Below, in pieces: positions 24,976-37,022 of a DNA stretch of 64,000 nt. How positions within the stretch are numbered: position 1 is the stretch's first letter; every line of letters begins with the position of its first letter. Below the pieces are notes generated by a model. The model was not told where the DNA came from and made no database searches. It saw only the letters and a program-made list of their open reading frames with translations. The stretch comes from Mytilus trossulus (taxonomy: Eukaryota): contig NC_086381.1 of NCBI RefSeq assembly GCF_036588685.1, positions 79,608,001 through 79,672,000 of the forward strand, in the 5' to 3' direction. The position numbers and the translations under genes were made by a program.

Positions 24976-25088
24976 CTATATCCATGCAATACACACTTGT
25001 GGATGTGAATTTAGTGATCGTTTGCCTATCAGATAGATCAAATCTAGACTTCAATATTCCTGTAGTTTCTTCAACTATATACATCCAC
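24976..25088 (-). CDS. YWTD beta-propeller protein, exon 4 (too short for the ORF track)
   Basis: Acceptor tttgtcatacag|, donor |gtatgc; 113 bp, phase 2/1. Reads (R)WMYIVEETTGILKSRFDLSDRQTITKFTSTSVYCMDI, continuing the repeat split by the previous intron. Confidence 0.85.
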
Positions 25089-27394
25089 CTGTATGACAAA
25101 TCAAAACCTGACATTTTAAGGAAATTAAAGTTTCAGGTTCAATTTGTGTTTAAGTATGTACGTGATGTTGTTTTACTAATAAACATTAATGAGAGAGGCA
25201 GACAATGCTACATATAAGGATTATGATAAATAAAACATGTGTTACATAAGATAATGTTGCATAGTACTATAAACCGATAGGTAAATATAGATTGTGCATA
25301 TTGAGTCGACTTGGAAAACGGATTTGTATATAACATCGCAAACTTAAAAACGAGTATACTAGAGAAACTTACAAATTGCAATCAAACACTGTCTTTAACT
25401 GAAATTTCGATGTTCAATGATTCATTTTTTAAAAAGTGACACTTTCCTATAAAGATACATTCAATTTAACAAATAACTCACACAGAACGAGTTGGCTAGT
25501 GTTAACATCCCGAACAACAAAACAGGTCAACCTAGTTTAATTTAGCATGTATAAGTCATCATGACTGTTTTTTCTTGATAAATCAGTCGACCCTTTATTC
25601 AAATGAATATGTATACTATCAATATGATAAGACCCATTCATCATTTAAATGAATAAAAGACATAAATGATGTACGAATTTTTATAACACATTCATGGATA
25701 AGAAGATATGGGATGAACATATTTAAATAAGATATAAAATACTCCCTTTAAACAAAGGGTATTTCTAATGGGATCCTTAATAAGGTATCAGCAAGCTTTA
25801 TGTTGATAGATAAATATCAATGCATTTGTTTTAAGAAAATAAATTCGTAATGATAATATTTTCATTCAATTTGTTATTTCATATTCAGGATATTGAACGG
25901 CATGTATCACACACTAAGATGTGCATGCAATACTACTAATAACAAAGAAACTTGTAGTGATTTAACATCTCTATTGCAATCAAGATATTGTTTGAATTAT
26001 AATTCATGCAACACGACAAGTCCTCTCCCCACCCTACATCCCCCCGGATGGGTAGGCGAAAGCGCGTCTGGAGTACATGATTTCCATATCTTGGATTCAC
26101 AGGGACTGTAGAGCTTGGTTTTGACAACAACAAAAAACGTGACATGCGAGCTTAATTTAAAAAAAACAGGTTTCTTAAATGACAACTTTACTTCAGAAAA
26201 ATTACCAACTGTCGGACAGAAGTAAGCAAAAGGAATGACCTTGTTATAAACACACATTGATTTTTTAACGAAGGCAGGTACAATCTAAGATATCAACCTC
26301 CTAATATATAGTATATGTTTATTGGGAATTAATGTCGTAATTGCATTATATTAACATCAAACATACCATTATGGAAGTATTTGTTTGAGACAGATCGTAC
26401 TGCATGTCAGATATGCAAATTGTAAAATAATTTTCAATTTGAAACATATGATTTTAAGGCAAATGTCCATGACATGTCGTGATACCCGATTGTATATGCC
26501 AGTGCATCAGAATATGTGACCTAGTGTTATGTGTACTCTTTGTGTCAATTCATTGTCTCAAAAAAATACAGATATGTTATGCAAACTCAAAGCGAAACGA
26601 TATTTTATTAGAAAGTAAAATTGTAAAGGTTGACTTGATCAATTGGAATATAAAACTACAGAAAACTGAATTGAAAAAAAATGAATTACAGCATTATCTT
26701 TTAAAGTGAAAAAAGCAAAACCTTGTAAACGAGGGAGATGAAAATAAAATAAAAAACAGATAAAAGGAAACCAAATCATACTGGAATATTTTACACGTTG
26801 ATGACAACAAAGTTAACAAAACGAAAAACTAAACCTGAATTACAAAACCACATGTATTATGTATCACATCTTAACTGTAATCAATTCTGATACTGGTGAT
26901 GCGCTTTTGACAATAATGTATATTCAAATATTATAGAGACTTTAATGATTGAAAAAAGACTGATACAACTGTCTTGGAGTTATCTATAAATTATCAGTGA
27001 CAGTTGAGACGGTAAATTATCATGTTAAGCAGATGCTAATAATGATCCATTATATTCGATAATTTTATTTAAGTTTTGGTTGATTACATGTTCATTCGAT
27101 AAAGGATAGAAATCATGTGAAGCCTAATGGTGGTGACATATAGCCAACCAGCTTTATTACAATTACTATCATAACATTAACAGAAACTTGAATCCTCTCC
27201 AAAAATGAAGCCACTCATAACTAATTATAGATTGCAGTAAACAATCAATTTCTCCAAATGCGACAATGGTAGCCTTTCTGGTATAAAAATGCATTTATAG
27301 CAAAACATGAATGATAAAACATGTGTATTATTCTGTTTACAAAATAAATTCATAATCGCTCAATTTCTTAAAAAAAACAAAAAAAACTGTATAC

Positions 27395-27607
27395 CTATTT
27401 GTAACATCAAGTCGTATAACCCAAGGAAAGAAAAAAGTTGATAGCACAGTTACATTGCTTCCGTCTATATTGCATCTTGAGAGTTGGCTTCCATAATAAT
27501 CAATCCAGTAGATATGATCATTAGCTGAATCAACAGCTATTCCTGTTGGATTTGCCAGTGACTGGATAACTGTCTGTAATGTTGGATTGTTTGAGGGATA
27601 AGGAAAT
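27395..27607 (-). CDS. YWTD beta-propeller protein, exon 3
   Basis: Acceptor tttttatag|, donor |gtatac; 213 bp, phase 2/2. Contains the LY-repeat NPTGIAVDSANDHIYWID...SRCNIDGS and PWVIRLDVTNR. Confidence 0.9.
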
Positions 27608-28654
27608 CTATAAAAATTATAAAAAGGAATTGACATTAAAAAAAAAATCAACCCGGCCACGTTTCGAACTTGTCCCAAGAAAGAAGCCTCCGACCTTTGT
27701 TATTCGTGTATATTTTTTTTTAGTTCATTTCTAATTTTGTTTAGTGTAACGTTCACTTTTAATAAACGTGTACGCATTCTTGTTTTGATGAGTTAAAGCC
27801 GACTTCCGTATGTACGATTTTCTCTCTGTTTTGAAAGCCAATTAATGGCTTTCAGCTGTTCTCTCTTTGACACAATCTCCATTGCAATTCTTAAGTTTAT
27901 CTTTAAATATGCCGTGTTTACTGATCTTGTTATATATACCAAACATCTCCACTGACTAATTCATGAAACACAATAAATTGAATCTGTTATGTTATGATAG
28001 CCACATAGTGTACGATACAATGACGAATTGATGTTGATAGTTTTAGTTTAGATAGGTAACATGCAATGTTGCTTTAAATGTTCAGGTGTGTTTAGACATA
28101 TGTATCGAACACATGAATTAACGCTGCATTAAAGCTGAAAAAAAATCAGTACTTGTAAAACACATTCATCATAATCTTGTCGAGACGAAGTATCGTATTG
28201 TTATCTTTTTTTTCTCAAAATCAACCTATGTAATCTTTATTTGTAAGCTTAATTAAAACTAGTATAAGTTGTTATATTTCAGGACAACGTTTTCAAAGTT
28301 ATAATATTATGTTTTCAGAAAATGTTGTATTATGATCTGCATGTAAACATACAAACAAGACTGCTAAATTTCACATTTGTTGAGAAAAGGACTCAGTAAT
28401 AGTATGTAGTAGAAGTAGCAAATTACTGGGATCAATTTAAATGTTTATTAAATCATGAATCACAGTAGCAAGTAAAGTTAACTAAAGTAAGCGGTATGCT
28501 TTAATTTTGTATATTATTATAGTTATTAGATTTATATAAATGAATGGGAAACATCATATTAAATATAGGATATACTTAAATCAGATGATAAAAGGGGTTT
28601 GTATTTTCAATTATTGAAAAAGCTAGTGGTAATGGAAATAGAGGTTTTTATGGT

Positions 28655-28833
28655 GGCGGAAGTAATAGAAGTAGTAGTAGTGGTAGATACAGTAGTATTA
28701 GTAGTAGTAGTATAAGTAGTAGTAGTTATAGCAGTAGTATTAGAAGAAGAAGTAGAATTAGTAGTAGTAGTAGTAGTAGTAGTAGTATAAGTAGTAGTAG
28801 TTATAGCAGACGTAGTAGTAGAAGTAGTAGAAT
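28655..28833 (+). repeat. Imperfect (AGT)n microsatellite
   Basis: Direct inspection; runs into the N gap. Confidence 0.95.
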
Positions 28834-28969
28834 NNNNNNNNNNNNNNNNNNNNNNNNNNNNNNNNNNNNNNNNNNNNNNNNNNNNNNNNNNNNNNNNNNN
28901 NNNNNNNNNNNNNNNNNNNNNNNNNNNNNNNNNNNNNNNNNNNNNNNNNNNNNNNNNNNNNNNNNNNNN
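28834..28969. other. Assembly gap (136 N) in intron 2
   Basis: Run of n. Confidence 1.
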
Positions 28970-29560
28970 TGACCAGATGTAACAATATGGATCAATGGTT
29001 TTAAAACATAATCATCTTAGCTCAACATCATATACGTGTAACTGTAATTCGTGTAGTTGCAAATGAGCATATTACAGGGAAATCCTTTCATGATTTTACG
29101 ACATTGTACTGATAAATTATCAGGATGCAGTAGCTTAAATTCTAAAATGTTCAACGTTGCATCGTACAGCTTTAGGTCAACAAATTATATTGGAGACCTA
29201 TCATGATTTTATAGATATATCATGTATATGTCATCGTGCTATCTTACATGTTGCTTCACAATTCCTCTGTGCATTTTGTAGTTTGGGTAAGCATGTTTAA
29301 TGATAACCCTTTCGTTTCATTAAAGTGTTTAAGACCAATTTTACCTTTACTTTACATCATGCATTTTTTGTGATATTTGCATTCCTAAGAATGGGGAATA
29401 CTTTTGAAACGTTGGAGAGTATATATTTATATGATAATATTAACCGAGTACATAGTTGAACGAGCTGTTATGTGTACATGTAATGTATATCGATCTGCTA
29501 GTGGTATTTAAAAGTACCTGATGTTAGCACATGAGAACTACAAATGTAGCAACATCATAC

Positions 29561-29927
29561 ATAAAATTGAGAATGGAAATTGGGAATGTGTCAAAGAGAC
29601 AACAACCCGACCAAATAAAAAAAAAAAAACAGCAGAAGGTCACCAAAAGGTCTTCAATGTAGCGAGAAATTATCGCACCCGGAGGCGTCCTTCAGCTGCC
29701 CCCTAAACAAATATATACTAGTTCAGTGATAATGAACGCCATACTAATTTCCAAATTGTACACAAGAAACTAAAATTAAAATAACACAAGACTAACAAAG
29801 GCCAGCGGCTCCTGACTTGGGACAGGCGCAAAAATGCGGCGGGGTTAAACATGTTTGTGAGATCTCAACCCTCCTCCTATACCTCTAACCAATGTAGAAA
29901 AGTAAAAGCATAACAATACGCACATTA
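29561..29927 (-). repeat. Interspersed repeat family A copy in intron 2
   Basis: Reverse complement of ~85-446. Further diverged fragments near 9780-9840, 21025-21135, 27650-27900, 50740-50900 and 56940-57220. Confidence 0.9.
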
Positions 29928-30245
29928 TTATTTGTATTTAAAGCATATATATGAGCTCTCTGTTGTAATAAGCCATATAACCTATGTCATGTTAACATTT
30001 TTTTAGAATGGTGCAAGCATCTTTACTGATGTTCGGTTTGACTTTTTTTATTGTATAAAATTCAAGATTTAGTAAAAGTTTAATCTAACGAGACTCAAAG
30101 ATGATTCATTTCACATCAGAATCTGACTGACGAAGGATATCTGTTATCCGAAATATTTATAAATAATTACATTTATAGTTACCTTTTTTTGTATTTGGAG
30201 TTGTTGTGTAAACTTTTTTAGGCGTTTATATATATATATAGATAA

Positions 30246-30992
30246 ATTACTAATAAATCCAACATTTCCGGTATGAATAGTTTTAATTCACTAGTACTTC
30301 CATGTTTAAATAACAATCTTCAGGTGAAACTATACATGATTAACGTAACTATGTAACGGTAGGTATGTAACGTCATAGTTGTCGTTGAGTATATAAAGGG
30401 AGATAAATCGTATTACACTTAGTCTATATATTGAAGTATGGAGCGTCATTATTAAACAATAGAAAATGCATAGTTTGCATTCAATCGTGATTTAAATTTT
30501 AAAATAAAATGTTTTTCCTTGACTTCTCGTGTAATGTCACAACCCATATTCATTTTATAAAATGGGAATATTTTAAAAAATCCCCCTCCACATTCGTCTA
30601 AATGTTTGCGTAGGGGGATTTTTCTGTATTGTGGCTGCCGTATATGTTGTCTATGAATGCGCACTCTTTCTGTTACACTGTTCCCTGTTTGGCCGATATA
30701 AATTTCCTGGCAACCATTACATTTAATGCAATAAATTAAATTCTCGGATTTACAGGTAATGTCTTCGTTGGTAAAAAGTGATAGACCATTAGGTATGTCC
30801 ATTCCCTTGCCAACATGGATATACGGACATGCCCCACAACGACTATCTCGACATTTTGACACACTGAATGTTCTTTTTTGGTCGAATCGTACTCGGGTCA
30901 TTAGTCGTTTAAGGTTTTGTGGTTGCCGTTTAACATGAAAGTACTAGTGAATTAAAACTATTCATACCGGAAATGTTGGATTTATTAGTAAT
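30246..30992 (-). mobile_element. 5'-truncated Penelope-like element (Neptune-like) with C-terminal GIY-YIG endonuclease and inverted pseudo-LTR
   Basis: Frame from ~30930 to 30452 reads KRQPQNLKRLMTR...CRDSRCGACP...NLIYCIKCNGCQEIYIGQT...R..IH...H...REVKE...LN. 61-bp inverted repeat at 30246-30306 / 30932-30992 with one mismatch; (TA)n on both flanks. Confidence 0.88.
30277..30333 (-). ncRNA. Minimal type I hammerhead ribozyme motif in the PLE pseudo-LTR (point-mutated)
   Basis: TTCAC CTGAAGA tTGTTatttaAACAt GGAA GTAC TA GTGAA. Stem I TTCAC/GTGAA, palindromic stem III AGTACT. The inverted copy retains GAAA at 30937-30940. Confidence 0.7.
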
Positions 30993-31168
30993 CTATATAT
31001 ATTTCTATACACAAGAACATTTATTATAGTGATCTTTATATATATATATATATATATATCACTATCATTACAATTGATAGAAACGATGTTTTTCTTAAAA
31101 CTTGATTTTACCACCTTCAATCGATGTTTCTATTACTATTGGTGTCACCAAAACAATTGTTTACCTAC

Positions 31169-31343
31169 CGAACGATGTCATGATAACTGTATCTTGGAAA
31201 ATAAATGTATCTGTTTTGGTAATCATAGTATATGGCATATACACTACTACTTCCATGCTCTAACAGTACAGTAGCACTGTGGGTATCGAAATCAAATTCA
31301 ATGATTCCAGTGACGGTTGAATACAAAAGTTTGACTTGATAAG
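31169..31343 (-). CDS. YWTD/LDLR class B beta-propeller protein, exon 2
   Basis: Acceptor ttgtttttgtttcag|, donor |gtaggt; 175 bp, phase 1 in / phase 2 out. Reads YQVKLLYSTVTGIIEFDFDTHSATVLLEHGSSSVYAIYYDYQNRYIYFPRYSYHDIVR. Confidence 0.85.
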
Positions 31344-32322
31344 CTGAAACAAAAACAATTCGATAAGTACATTTTTGTACCGTAGTGATTTCATAAAAAC
31401 CAATTTTACAATTACTTAAATAGAACAAAACCTTGACTTAAGCCTTCAATTTTATTATTTTAATAAACGGTACACAAAGATAAATATTGATACAATATGT
31501 ATTGCTCGTCTGGATTGAATTCCCTCTGGTGTCTTTCGAACCTGTTTTAGAAATAACATGATAATGGACACTATAACAATTTTTATAACAGTTTATGTTT
31601 TCATATACACACACACACCAACACCAACACACACACACACATGTTGTTCAACCAAGACAAAACTGTAACAGTTGAGCTTACAAGTTTACACAACTATGAT
31701 ATTTCAAATTTTATCTGAATTTCACCTTTAATACAAAAATGTTAATTACTTGTAGACTTTCATATATCTTTAAATGCGAGGCAAGTTTACCTTTTTTCTA
31801 AAGTGGTAACCTAATCATCAAAAGGTTTGTCGATCTTTCAAGGGAAAATTAGAAAATATTTATTTGATGTATATACATTTTTAGCGTCTAATTCGAAACA
31901 ATTTCTTTAAGATATTTGTGATAAATCAACTTGATATTGAGCAGATCAGTGAATAGTTAACTGTAAAACAAGAACGAACAGTCGAAGTTATCAAGATCGA
32001 AGTTAACTTTTACAGGATACGTTCCGAAGTTAACTGCATAAGCTAAAAGGTATATAAAACAAATACAATAGTCCTATATTTAATAGTTTTGAAAAAAAAC
32101 ACCATAGTTGGTGGCCATGTAAAACATTTATGCACTTGATAACACACCACAATCTTGTTAGATGCTTGAATAAGAAGATAGTAAGCCAACGATTCTTATC
32201 GTTAACAAAACCATCGATTCCATTTAAGTTAAAAGCCAACACAAAGTACGACGTTCAAGAGCAATGTACAACTACAATTCTGAAAGGTTTTATCAAATAC
32301 AGCTGATGTGATATATTCTTAA

Positions 32323-32945
32323 GGGCATACGATACAGTTTTGATCCTGTATTTACAAGTTCATGAACATTTGCATATAGGCTATTTTTTACCTGATAAAA
32401 TCTAATATGTCATAAAAAATATATCTGCATGTGCTACTTTTTGAGTGAAATGAGGTCGAAATTTTGTATATTTGCTCAAAATTCAGATTTGTGGCCGTAA
32501 TTTCTTTTTCGAAAGAAAGACATAACTTTTTTTGTTATAAAAGATAAACACAAATTGTTTTTTTTGTTAAATAATCGGTAATTTTTGTATTTTATAAATA
32601 TCCTAAAAAAATATGCAATTTTTTATTCAGAAATAACTTATATTTATAAAATGTTCATAAATTAGGAAAAAACCGTCATTTTTTACTGCATGTTTATCAA
32701 AATTTACAAAAATCCTCTATTTACAGTTTTATAAAATTTGGGTCACGTAATCTCCCTGCAAAATGAAACAAAATGCCGTTTTGAAAAATAGGGGTCCATG
32801 TACTCGTTTTCAAATTAAATCAGTTTGAATGATAAAAATCAGTCGAAAAATGCATCTTTTCCCGATATGTCACTGTTTGACGTCGCGAAAATAACAAATT
32901 ACGTTAGCAACGTCATTACCTGCCCTGTAACTGTATCGTATGCCC
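32323..32945. mobile_element. Kolobok-like MITE, 623 bp
   Basis: Perfect 17-bp TIRs GGGCATACGATACAGTT; TTAA at 32319-32322 and 32946-32949; purine-purine termini. Confidence 0.85.
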
Positions 32946-33329
32946 TTAAGTTTGACACTACATGACAATCGAACAAAAACATGTTTAAACGTCAAATGTA
33001 CATTTATAACTATAATCATATCATTGGTTACTCATGCCAACACTGAAGTTATTGATTATTTGACTGGTGAAACATTCACCAGTGACGTCCGCCCAGTGAC
33101 ATTAAACGAACGTTCCTTTCAACACAGTTACAGAAGATTAAAAAAACTATTCTGAATGCAGTTTTTCTATACAGTATAGTGATAATTACACGCATCGAAA
33201 AACACTGAATAAAAGCGTTCGTGTGAAAAAATGGCGACAAAGAAATATACCCCAACCCCCCCCCCAACCCCCCCCCCCCTCTTTCTTTTTTTTACGTTAA
33301 GTGGTTGCTCCTTTATGAAAGCCGGGCGA

Positions 33330-34040
33330 AAAGGATTGTATTGTTTGCAATGGGCTTCCTTCTGACCAACCTTCAGTATGCTTGATTTTTCCATAGCAGT
33401 TGTTTTAGTGGGTCTTTTTTTTTTACTTGAAATGTCTTCAACATCGTTTGTTGCCTGATTGTGGGTCTCGAAACGACTGATTGTTGACTGGTGATAACCA
33501 ACAATACGTGCAATTGTCACAGCGACATACCTGCTTCTCTCATACAGGTAATCTGCCATCCTGCTGCAGTTAAAGTTTGGAGAACCCATTTCAAGGTGTC
33601 AATCACATAACTTTATTAACTTGGTTATTTAAAGTGTAGAAAACTATGAGGATACACACATCAGTTTTATTGTTTAAGGGTACATTAGGTGTATTTGCAG
33701 ATAGGAACTTATCGAGTCGATATTTAAACTTAGGTGAGATGTTAATAAGTTAGTTTTCTTGTTTTTCTTGTTTTACATTGTTTTATTGGGGCCTTTTATA
33801 GCTGCCTATGCGATATGGGTTTTGCTCATTGTTGAATGTCGTACGCTGACCTATAATTGTTAATGTCTGTCTCATGTTGGTCTCTTTTGGACAGTTGTAA
33901 CATTGGCAATCATACCACATATTCCTTTTTTTATATTTTAACTATTTTTTTTTTATTTCAACACATTATATCACAAACAAATGACGAGTGTTTTTTTAAT
34001 TAGAATTTCAATTCGGTGTTGCAATACTTTTTCCAATGTG
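33330..34040 (-). mobile_element. Degenerate Tc1/mariner transposon 5' part
   Basis: IARIVGYHQSTISRF...QATNDVED...RPTKTT resembles the Tc1 N-terminal HTH plus GRPR-like linker. TIR-like TA|CACATTGGAAAAAAGTATTGCAACACC ends at 34040. Family D insert at ~33780-33935. Confidence 0.6.
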
Positions 34041-34080
34041 TATACCTGGTCAAAATAATGTTATAAATGCCTAGTTTTGT

Positions 34081-35030
34081 GTGTATGTTCCGGACCATAT
34101 GAGTATTTGGACCATACGCGTATGGTCATGACCATATGGGTATATACTCATATGGTCCGACCATACGCGTATGGTCGGACCATACGCGTATGGTCGGGGT
34201 AATTAACACTCTGTTACAGTTTACTTTTCATACTTCTAAACTCTTCATATGGTATGACCGTTCATTCAAAATACGCTATAATAAAGGTAATTTTATCATT
34301 ATATTATAATAAAAAGATAAAGCTAAATAATAATAAAAAGTTTCACATAATTACTTAATTTTACTTAATTGTCAAATTTAAAGTAAACACATTTTATACC
34401 GATGGTCATTACCGATTTGTTATTACGAGTAATGGCAATATGTCGACTTAAAAATTAAATTCCAAAAATTTCTTAATGAACTGTTACATAAGAAGTCACT
34501 GGAAAGTAGCATACTATTAATTTATTTAAGTTGTGTTGTGAAGATGGTGTATTGCAGTCATTTTACGATATTTGAGATCTAGAGCTTCTTAAAAACACCG
34601 TAGACATCAGAATTGCCAAAGACCTCGGTATCACTGAACGCAGCTGCAAAAAAGGCTTGTTTTTCACTCGCAAACAAAATGTGTAAATGAAAAAGATTGT
34701 GCACAAATTTCTTGCAAATGCAAAAAAGCTATGATACCGTGTGGAAGTGAATGTCATCCAAACCTAAATGCAGGAATGTAACTAGCGATAAAAACTTACT
34801 ATGGCATCAATATTAAATTTTACGTATTTTTTTTTATTATAAAATTACAAAAATTGTCATGTTTTAAACCATCACTGTTTTTTTAGATACAGTTTTTGTA
34901 TTATTGAAACGTTTATAATGTAATTTGAAAAAAATATATATACCTATATGGTCCAAATACTCATATGGTCCGGCCCGTTAATAACCAAACGAGTATTATA
35001 ATGATATGGTCCGACCATACGCGTACGGTC
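34081..35030. mobile_element. Non-autonomous element with arrays of palindromic subterminal repeats
   Basis: GACCATACGCGTATGGTC at 34110, 34159, 34178 and a variant at 35013; 27-bp perfect inverted repeat 34090-34116 / 34947-34973. Confidence 0.65.
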
Positions 35031-35899
35031 ACTTATTTTCACTTTCAATGTTTACATTCTTTTCCTTTAAATAACTTTTTACATACAATTAACATGTTAT
35101 CCATCTTTAGCTTATGAGTTAAATTGATGTTCACATGAATACGGATTCAATGAGGCCGAATTATTCACTGGTAACTGAATAATTCAAAATCGATGATTAT
35201 TATCTTATTTGGACAAAATTGGACCATACTGACTTCTCAAAGCTAATTTTTATTTCACTATTTGCATTTCATTATTGATTGAGCAAATTAAAAAAAGACA
35301 TTAGATTTGTGATACATCTCGTAGTAAGAACCCCTTTAAGTTTTGAAATGAATACGTTATCAACTTTGGAATAAAAAAGGCACACACACGTCAGTTGTGC
35401 GTTTCACTGAAATTAACTCCGACAAGGCTGATCGATTAAAAAAAATAAGTAAAATAAAAATAAACATGAAAGCTTCGAAGACCAAACAGATGTTCACGTA
35501 GACAATAGTAACTAACAACGAATATCAACAGAACTTTAAAGAAGAAATAATACATCAACTTGTAAATACATTTGATCTGAAACAGTCATGTTAGCCTTGA
35601 TAGTTCCACTAAATACAAATAAAAATTAGATAATTCTGCAATAATGTTAATTCCTTACAATTTAACCATGTCCATTACAGTCAAATTTGTAATGTTCAAA
35701 CGCCGCTTGGCTTCATACATAGATAATAAGGATATATTTGGACACATTGTTCAGTACTTGATGTTCACCTCTACACATCAGCTACATATTGATTTATCTG
35801 AAATTCTAATAGTTAGAAATTTATCGAACGAACTCTAATTTGCTATTCATGACTACAGAAACAGCCAATAGAAGTCTCTAATGACTTGCAATATGTAGC

Positions 35900-36025
35900 A
35901 AAGGTACTAGTACGCCAGACGCGCGTTTCTTCTGCATAAGATACATCAGTGACGCTTATTTCAAAACAGTTGAAGCGTCAAACAAGTACAAAGTTGAAAA
36001 GCATTGAGGACCAAAATTCAAAAAT
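35900..36025 (-). mobile_element. Family C fragment with hammerhead motif (35911-35955)
   Basis: Minus strand reads gcgtca CTGATGT atcttatgcagaa GAAA cgcgcg TC tggcgt; the core has a single substitution. Confidence 0.75.
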
Positions 36026-36931
36026 CCTGACCTTCACATTTTCCATAATGTTTTTCATTGTAATTCTACCATCTTCGTTTCTATGAGGATCATTTGTTTA
36101 CATATGACATTCGTCACTTACGCAGTTTCCTGAAATGTTCTTTTCATTGATGTGATAAGGTTTCCCGCGCTTTATGCAAATTTCATGAAACTAAACTCCT
36201 TGGAAATACTTCCGGTAAAAACACTGGCGGATTCCACCATTCAAAATCCTCTTCGAAAATGTGACGGTCAGGATTATCACAGGCAATCACTTAAAAGGTA
36301 GGTCAGTGGTGGTTTTTGTTGGCGATTTATAAATGGAATTTGAAAACTATATCTTTAGTGAAAGTGGTTGATAGTATATATTATTTGGTTTTACCGATAA
36401 CCGCTACGAATTTTAGCTGACATCTACTATAATGTAATCTACTCTGGGATAAAAAAAAATCTTTAAATGACTAAAGACGTTCGTTGTAATATCCCTTAGA
36501 AATGTATTGTTCGCACTTTTCAGATGACATACATATAAAGTTGAGACTACAATTTAGATATTATGATCAATTGACGACTTTATATCTATATGTTTTTGCT
36601 AGCATGTAGAAACTTCCTTTGATTAGGCTGAAAAGCAATGTGATTGAAGGACGAACTTGTATTATGTAAAGATAAATTATTTAGTTTGTAAAATGATAAA
36701 TTGTTTCATAATGACGGCACTTTTTTTACCAACTGCAATAACAAACTGTACATGATTATCAATGCAAGTAGCAATTAACTAGTAAAGTTTCTTTTAAGAT
36801 GAGAGATATATTTTGTAGGAAAGACTTACCCCAAACTTTTATGATACATTTTATATATTCGTTTCAAATGCATAGCTACTTTTCAAAGTTTACCAAATTG
36901 ATTTCGGTTGGATAATATTTCTATGCGTAGA

Positions 36932-37022
36932 TAGATAAATACCCAGGATGCAACAATACCCGTAGACAGATACACAGGATGCAACACTATCCGTAGATAA
37001 ATACACAGGATGCAACAATACC
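36932..37022 (+). repeat. 31-bp minisatellite, 3 copies
   Basis: caggatgcaaca at 36944, 36975 and 37006. Confidence 0.9.

Noticed and set aside
27608-27678. N-terminal part of the 113-aa ORF as coding
   Set aside because: Upstream of the exon 3 acceptor and overlapping a diverged family A copy; intronic read-through.
28758-28995. Poly-Tyr/poly-Leu ORFs
   Set aside because: Artefacts of the microsatellite and N gap.
34090-34195. CRISPR-like palindromic repeats
   Set aside because: Eukaryotic context, no unique spacers of regular length, no cas genes.
36826-36875. ATG...|gtaagt segment as alternative exon 1
   Set aside because: MHLKRIYKMYHKSL is not a signal peptide, and the donor is phase 2, incompatible with exon 2.
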